Shown: positions 59,521 through 64,000 of the stretch, one piece after another
Layout: every line of letters begins with the position of its first letter
Position numbering within the stretch: position 1 is the stretch's first letter
Origin: a bacterium
Lineage (GTDB): Bacteria; RBG-13-61-14; DATKZS01
Direction: 5' to 3'
NCBI GenBank assembly: GCA_963674965.2
Contig: CAXXFL010000004.1
Span: 320,001-384,000, forward strand
Length of the DNA: 64,000 nucleotides
Translations under genes and position numbers: made by a program
Notes under the pieces: model-generated
The model's input: only the letters and a program-made list of their open reading frames with translations
Told to the model about the DNA's origin: nothing
Databases searched by the model: none

Positions 59521-60114
59521 TCACTTCTTCCTGTTAGTAAATTTGGGATCATCTACATTTAATGAAGGTCCGGATATGCGATAATCATCCTGCAAATGAT
59601 AAATATCCCCCTTTTCATCAACCATCCAGATATCTAATCCACTATCCGCGTCTAAATTTGCCACCGCATATGCATTCCATTTGTCAACTTCCCTGACGCA
59701 TTTATAATAAGATGGTAAAGACTCCTTTAGATTCCATACGCTTGGCATTAAAGTATCATTGTAGAAAATTGTATATCTCCCTTTGTTTGTAATATACCCC
59801 ATGTCAGCAAAATTTACAGCGAAATATCCCTTTTCTTTTCTATAAATCAGTTGCTTAGAATGAACTGAACGCAATTCACGTTGCGCCTCAAGACCATTTC
59901 CTCGATAGTTGAAAGCCTTGTAATTATCAATGTTGAGTGCAAACAGAAAAGTTGCAAGAATTATTAATAGGTAGGATAGCGTCAATTGAAAAATTGTCAT
60001 GCTATACTTCCTGTTAATACTTTTTATCCATATCATCAAATCTTTCATGCCATACCTTTTACTTTCTAATGTTCTATTAACTCGGTTTATTAGGGATATG
60101 CCGGCTAATCCCAC
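59521..60114 (-). CDS. Type IV pilin-like protein in the immunity position (true start may be 60048)
   Basis: RKYS|MTIFQL-TM..EAQRELRSVHSKQLIYRKEKGYF..RY..AVANLDAD..DIW. Confidence 0.6.
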   Translation of the reverse strand: MGLAGISLINRVNRTLESKRYGMKDLMIWIKSINRKYSMTIFQLTLSYLLIILATFLFALNIDNYKAFNYRGNGLEAQRELRSVHSKQLIYRKEKGYFAVNFADMGYITNKGRYTIFYNDTLMPSVWNLKESLPSYYKCVREVDKWNAYAVANLDADSGLDIWMVDEKGDIYHLQDDYRISGPSLNVDDPKFTNRKK

Positions 60115-61605
60115 GGCTTACCTGTTAGGAATAGAGGGCCGAGCTTCCACCATGGGTCAAGTGAAAAAGATGTTCCATCGTCAAAGTTAACGTATGTGCG
60201 ATCATGAGATCCACCTGAATAACCAGGCACTTGGTGTGCATTAATCGTGACGTCATCAGGGAAATATCCCCAATTATTCATGAAATCAGCAAGGTCCTGT
60301 GAGTACACACTGCACTGAAAATCATCATCGATCCCGCCATCACACTTGCCCCCAAAAGCGCAGTCAACGACCACAAAGTAATTTAAAGGCCCGCTGAACA
60401 CTAAGCCATTTAGAGCTTTTAGTGGTGGAGGCACATCTGATGTCAACATCGATCTAAAGAAGTTGTTTGCAGGACCCCACATCCAATAGCGTGGGCTAGT
60501 AATTGACCATATTTGCATTAAAGCAACGGATTCAGCAGCAACCCATACTTTATCCTTAGCAGCCCATGCTTTATCCTTCAAATTCATTAAATATTTAATA
60601 TCTCGCCATATATAATCATTCGGGTTAAACTGATATTCTCTTCTTCCTGTTGGGTCAATTAGATTGACTGGATTATTGTCAACATATTTGTATTTGTTAA
60701 CGTAGGTTCCAGGATCATTAACTTCTCCCCTCCACTTATCCTCCTGTACAAACCTCCGCTGCTCGGGGCTGTAGTAGCGGGAGCGGTAGAACATGAGGCC
60801 GGTTTCGTCGTCGTGCTCGCGGCCGGTGAAGCCGTAGCCGCCCAGGCCGATGGAGTTGGGATCGTAGGTGATGGTTTGGTCGCCGAAGGGGGAGTATTCG
60901 GAGCGCATGGTGAGGGAGCCGTTGGCTTCGAGTTCCGTGAGGGAACCGAGCCCGTCGGTCAGGGGGAAGGCCGACCCGCCGGAGCCGACGTCCTGGAGCA
61001 CGTCATCTATCCCCGGCCCGTGCACGTAGCGGCCTACCACCGTCGCCCCGTCGAACGACTGCACGATATCCTCGCCGTCGTAAAAATAAATCTCCTCGTC
61101 CGTCCCCAAGTCCTTCAGCACCCGCCGCCCCAAAGCGTCGTAGACATACTCCGCCACCGTGGTCGCGCCTTCCTTGACCTCCACCAGCATATCGTCGGCG
61201 TCATAATAATAATCCCACGCCTCCACCGTCGTGGTCCCGTTAATCACGTCCCGGGAGGACATGGCGCCCGCGTCGTTATAATCGTACCGCACCACGTAAT
61301 CCGCCGCCTCCGACGTGTCCCCGTCAGCGTCCATGTCGTACCAGATCGCCTCCAAGCGGTTCATGCCGTAACCGTCGTAAAAGTATGTCTCCTTCTCCAG
61401 GTCGAAGCCACCGTCAACCTCGGTCACGGACAGAATATTCCCCAGGGTATCATACTCGTACTCCAGCGTCGAGCCGTCCCAAGTCCCCGCCCTCGACAGC
61501 CGATAAAACGAATCGTACTCGTACTCGACCCGCACCGACGAACCGCTCAAGGTCCGCACCTGCGCGGTTCGCTGCCCCTTGGCGTTGGCGCCCGAGTCGT
61601 ATTCG
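60105..61605 (-). pseudogene. RHS fragment 1 + papain/transglutaminase-like toxin tip
   Basis: RHS identity starts at 61605 (EYDSGANAKG); PVNLIDPTG; FQCSVYS..GSHDR..SLDPWW. Confidence 0.85.
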
Positions 61606-61607
61606 GA

Positions 61608-61790
61608 AGATATGGGGACATCCATACTTAATTCGCTGTTTGGCAAATTATCTCCTCCGAGTGCCCGGGATAATATTTCGTTTCCCGCTTGTATTAAGCT
61701 ATTCAAAAACCGGCCTCTATAACTATCATTGTCGATATTGACGTGATATACCGGAAACGTCCAATAATTTAGTATCATATCCCCAGATCC
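61608..61790. mobile_element. ~183-bp inverted-repeat mini-element E1 (different interior)
   Basis: AGATATGGGGACATCCATACTTAATT ... AATTTAGTATCATATCCCCAGATC. Confidence 0.8.
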
Positions 61791-61946
61791 CGCGCTATCT
61801 TAATATCTCTGAACTATAAGGGACCCATTTAGCTATAGAGGCGGCTATGTGTAACCTGTTTGAGAATCGCTCCGGGAGTAGCTGTCCCTGGCGGGAAGCC
61901 CGAGGTTTTTAGAAAAACCGTATGATGCGTCCGCCGTACGGCGGCT

Positions 61947-64000
61947 TCAGGTCAGGCCCAGCTCGCGGAACCTGGCGACGTAAAGGGCGCCCACCTTGGC
62001 GGGGTCGTACTTCTCCCTGATGAAGCGGGCGGCTTCGCGGCCGATCTTTCTTCCCCTGGCGGGGTCATCGAGAAGGAGCCTCATTTGCGCGGCCGCCTCC
62101 TCCACGTCGGGCTCGGCCCAGTACTTGCCGTTCCAGCGGGGGTAGGATCCACGCTCGATTGGGACCAGCTTATAACCCACGGGCAGGGAATTTTCCGGCA
62201 GGGTGAAGTCGAGGTTGCCCGAGTAGCCGGTGGCGATGACCGGCTTGCCCAGGTACATGGCCTCGGCCAGTCCGCGGCCGAACCCCTCGGCGCGGTGCAG
62301 GGAAACGTAGCAGTCGCACGAGTCGATAAGCGAGATCACGCGGTCCCTGTCCAGGCTGCCGGTTATCATTTTAATTCTGGGGTCTCGCCTGGCCGCCTCC
62401 CGCGCCTTCATGTAGGCCAGGGCCTGGTGGGAGGCGTTGACGCTCTTTATAACAAGGCCGACCTTTTCATCACCCGAGGGAAAGGCGGTCCTGAACGCCT
62501 CGATAACGGCCAGGGGATTTTTTCGGTCCAGGAAGGAACTCGAGTCGAAATGGAAATGAAAGAGGTAGTCCTCCTCGGGCAGAGCGAACTCATCCCGGCC
62601 GTAAACGGCCGACCTTTCGATCACGACCGCCGCGGGAGCGGTGACGACCGGCTTGTTCACCTTTTTAGCGATGGCTTCTCTTACGAAGTCCGATCCCACC
62701 CATATCTCGTCGAACAGGTCGGCCATGGGCGCGAACTCGTCGGGGAAATCCTCCAGCTCCCAGAACCAGTAGCCGATATTGTACCTGCCGGCGAAGGCGG
62801 AAAGGCCCAGAGTGCGCAGGGCGTGGAAGGCCTGGTCCGCGTTGACGTGGACCAGGTTGATCCGGTAGGGATTGTCCCGCTCGACCCGGTCCGCGAGGAT
62901 CGGCTCCGCGTGGCGCGAGCGTCCGTCCTCGAAGGGGTCGAGGGCCGCCGCGGGAACGCCCGCCGCGTCCAGGCCCTTGATAACCATGCGCAGGTTCTCG
63001 CCCAGCCCCTGCCGGCTGAGAACGTAGCCGATGGCGTTCACGCCATAGGGACGGGTGAAAATCCTTCGAGCCGCGGCCGGAGGATCGACGCTTTCCTCCG
63101 AGCGTTCATCGATAATGCTCTCGCCGGGTCCCTGCCCGCCAAGAAGCAATAATTTCTTGAGGCCTATCCAGGTCTCCCGCGCCTTGGGCTCGAGACCGGG
63201 CCACCTCGAGGCTATCGCCTCCCGCGCCCAGGGCCGGGCGCCGTCGAGAAAAAGATAAAGCTTGTTTTTTAAACGGGAGGCCAGTCCCCGCCCATAAACC
63301 GTTCCCACCCCCGCCCGCCTTTGCAGGGCGTGCTCGATGCCGTAATCGTCCACGCCCTGGACCAGGAACCAGTCGATGAATTCGGACCGTCCCTCCTGGT
63401 CCACGACGCTGAACCTCTCCGACAGCGTGTAGTCCGAGTTCCAGAGCATGTGCATGATCCGGGAAAGGGGATGTTCCTGGCCCAGATACTCCCGGGCCGG
63501 CTCGGTGAGAAAGTCGGCCAGGGCCATGGCTTCCGCGTCCAGGCCCTCCGATACTGCCCGCTTCTCCAGGAGGACGTGGGACGAGGAGTATTTCTCGAGT
63601 ATGGCGTGTTCCACAAGTCCCGTCGAGTCGAACCACTCGGAAAACTTTTTTGCGGCCTTCGGGCTTCGGAAAGTAAACTCCCGCATCAGGTCCTCGCGCT
63701 CCCGCCAAATCTTGTACATCAGTCTCGAGATCGGCGCCTTGGGATTTCGTGGAAGTCCCGGCTGGGGCGCGTTGCAAATGGGCCCGCCCCCGGCGAAGGG
63801 GTCCAGCCCGAGGGCCGACCCGTCCTCGATCATTTCGCGGTAAATCCTTCTGGCCTGGGGAAGTATCTTTTCGCCGTCGTCGTAATAATCGAACTTATAG
63901 GGAAGGTCCCTGGTCTCTTCCCAGCCGTTCTGGCTCGCGAGGCGGGAGTATTCCTCGATCAGCTTTTTCACCTCCGGCAAGTCATCTCTTTCAAACCTGG
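61947..64000 (-). CDS. Multidomain GT4 glycosyltransferase (5' end outside window)
   Basis: GYWFWELE, RKNPLAVIEAF, DCYVSLHRAEGFG, ATGYSGNLDF; frame open to the window edge. Confidence 0.92.
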   Translation of the reverse strand, partial: RFERDDLPEVKKLIEEYSRLASQNGWEETRDLPYKFDYYDDGEKILPQARRIYREMIEDGSALGLDPFAGGGPICNAPQPGLPRNPKAPISRLMYKIWREREDLMREFTFRSPKAAKKFSEWFDSTGLVEHAILEKYSSSHVLLEKRAVSEGLDAEAMALADFLTEPAREYLGQEHPLSRIMHMLWNSDYTLSERFSVVDQEGRSEFIDWFLVQGVDDYGIEHALQRRAGVGTVYGRGLASRLKNKLYLFLDGARPWAREAIASRWPGLEPKARETWIGLKKLLLLGGQGPGESIIDERSEESVDPPAAARRIFTRPYGVNAIGYVLSRQGLGENLRMVIKGLDAAGVPAAALDPFEDGRSRHAEPILADRVERDNPYRINLVHVNADQAFHALRTLGLSAFAGRYNIGYWFWELEDFPDEFAPMADLFDEIWVGSDFVREAIAKKVNKPVVTAPAAVVIERSAVYGRDEFALPEEDYLFHFHFDSSSFLDRKNPLAVIEAFRTAFPSGDEKVGLVIKSVNASHQALAYMKAREAARRDPRIKMITGSLDRDRVISLIDSCDCYVSLHRAEGFGRGLAEAMYLGKPVIATGYSGNLDFTLPENSLPVGYKLVPIERGSYPRWNGKYWAEPDVEEAAAQMRLLLDDPARGRKIGREAARFIREKYDPAKVGALYVARFRELGLT

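Noticed and set aside
49612-61605. Diversity-generating retroelement or classical integron
   Set aside because: No reverse transcriptase or integrase, no adenine-specific variation noticed, and the arms do not match attC or dif consensus.
61606-61778. N-terminal 57 aa of ORF 60105-61778
   Set aside because: Read-through of mini-element E1; RHS identity starts at 61605.
61820-61862. Similarity to 48140-48200 as island-end repeats
   Set aside because: Too short and gapped to distinguish from chance.

Overview
GC-rich chromosomal window, probably from a Deltaproteobacteria-like bacterium (inferred from a MYXO-CTERM-like tail, a delta-type pilin homolog and glyQ-glyS-ppdK synteny). 1-47 kb is envelope and housekeeping DNA: a glycosyltransferase/methyltransferase/B12-binding operon; a ~2060-aa secreted protein with a dockerin-like N-terminus and eight 83-aa Cys-rich tandem repeats behind a sigma54-type promoter; a divergent TPR/beta-barrel + FecR + Cys-rich protein operon; glgA; an MBOAT; TolC-MacAB; glyQS; ppdK with a Lys/Ala tail; a 1657-aa LVIVD/TSP3 surface protein; a glycyl radical enzyme with no adjacent activase; tRNA-Phe. 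48.3-61.8 kb is a minus-strand array of four 5'-truncated RHS core+toxin fragments, two very short toxin-tip remnants, eight candidate immunity genes and an IS3-family element. Main finding: the cassette junctions are marked by a recurring ~25-nt arm (AGWTCTGGGGACA-N2-3-TACTTAATT-like). It occurs as three inverted-repeat mini-elements and two degenerate solo arms, placed just after immunity-gene stop codons and directly against toxin truncation points. This suggests a site-directed system that captures toxin-tip/immunity cassettes, with its enzyme encoded outside the window. All family assignments come from motif recognition by eye; no searches were run.
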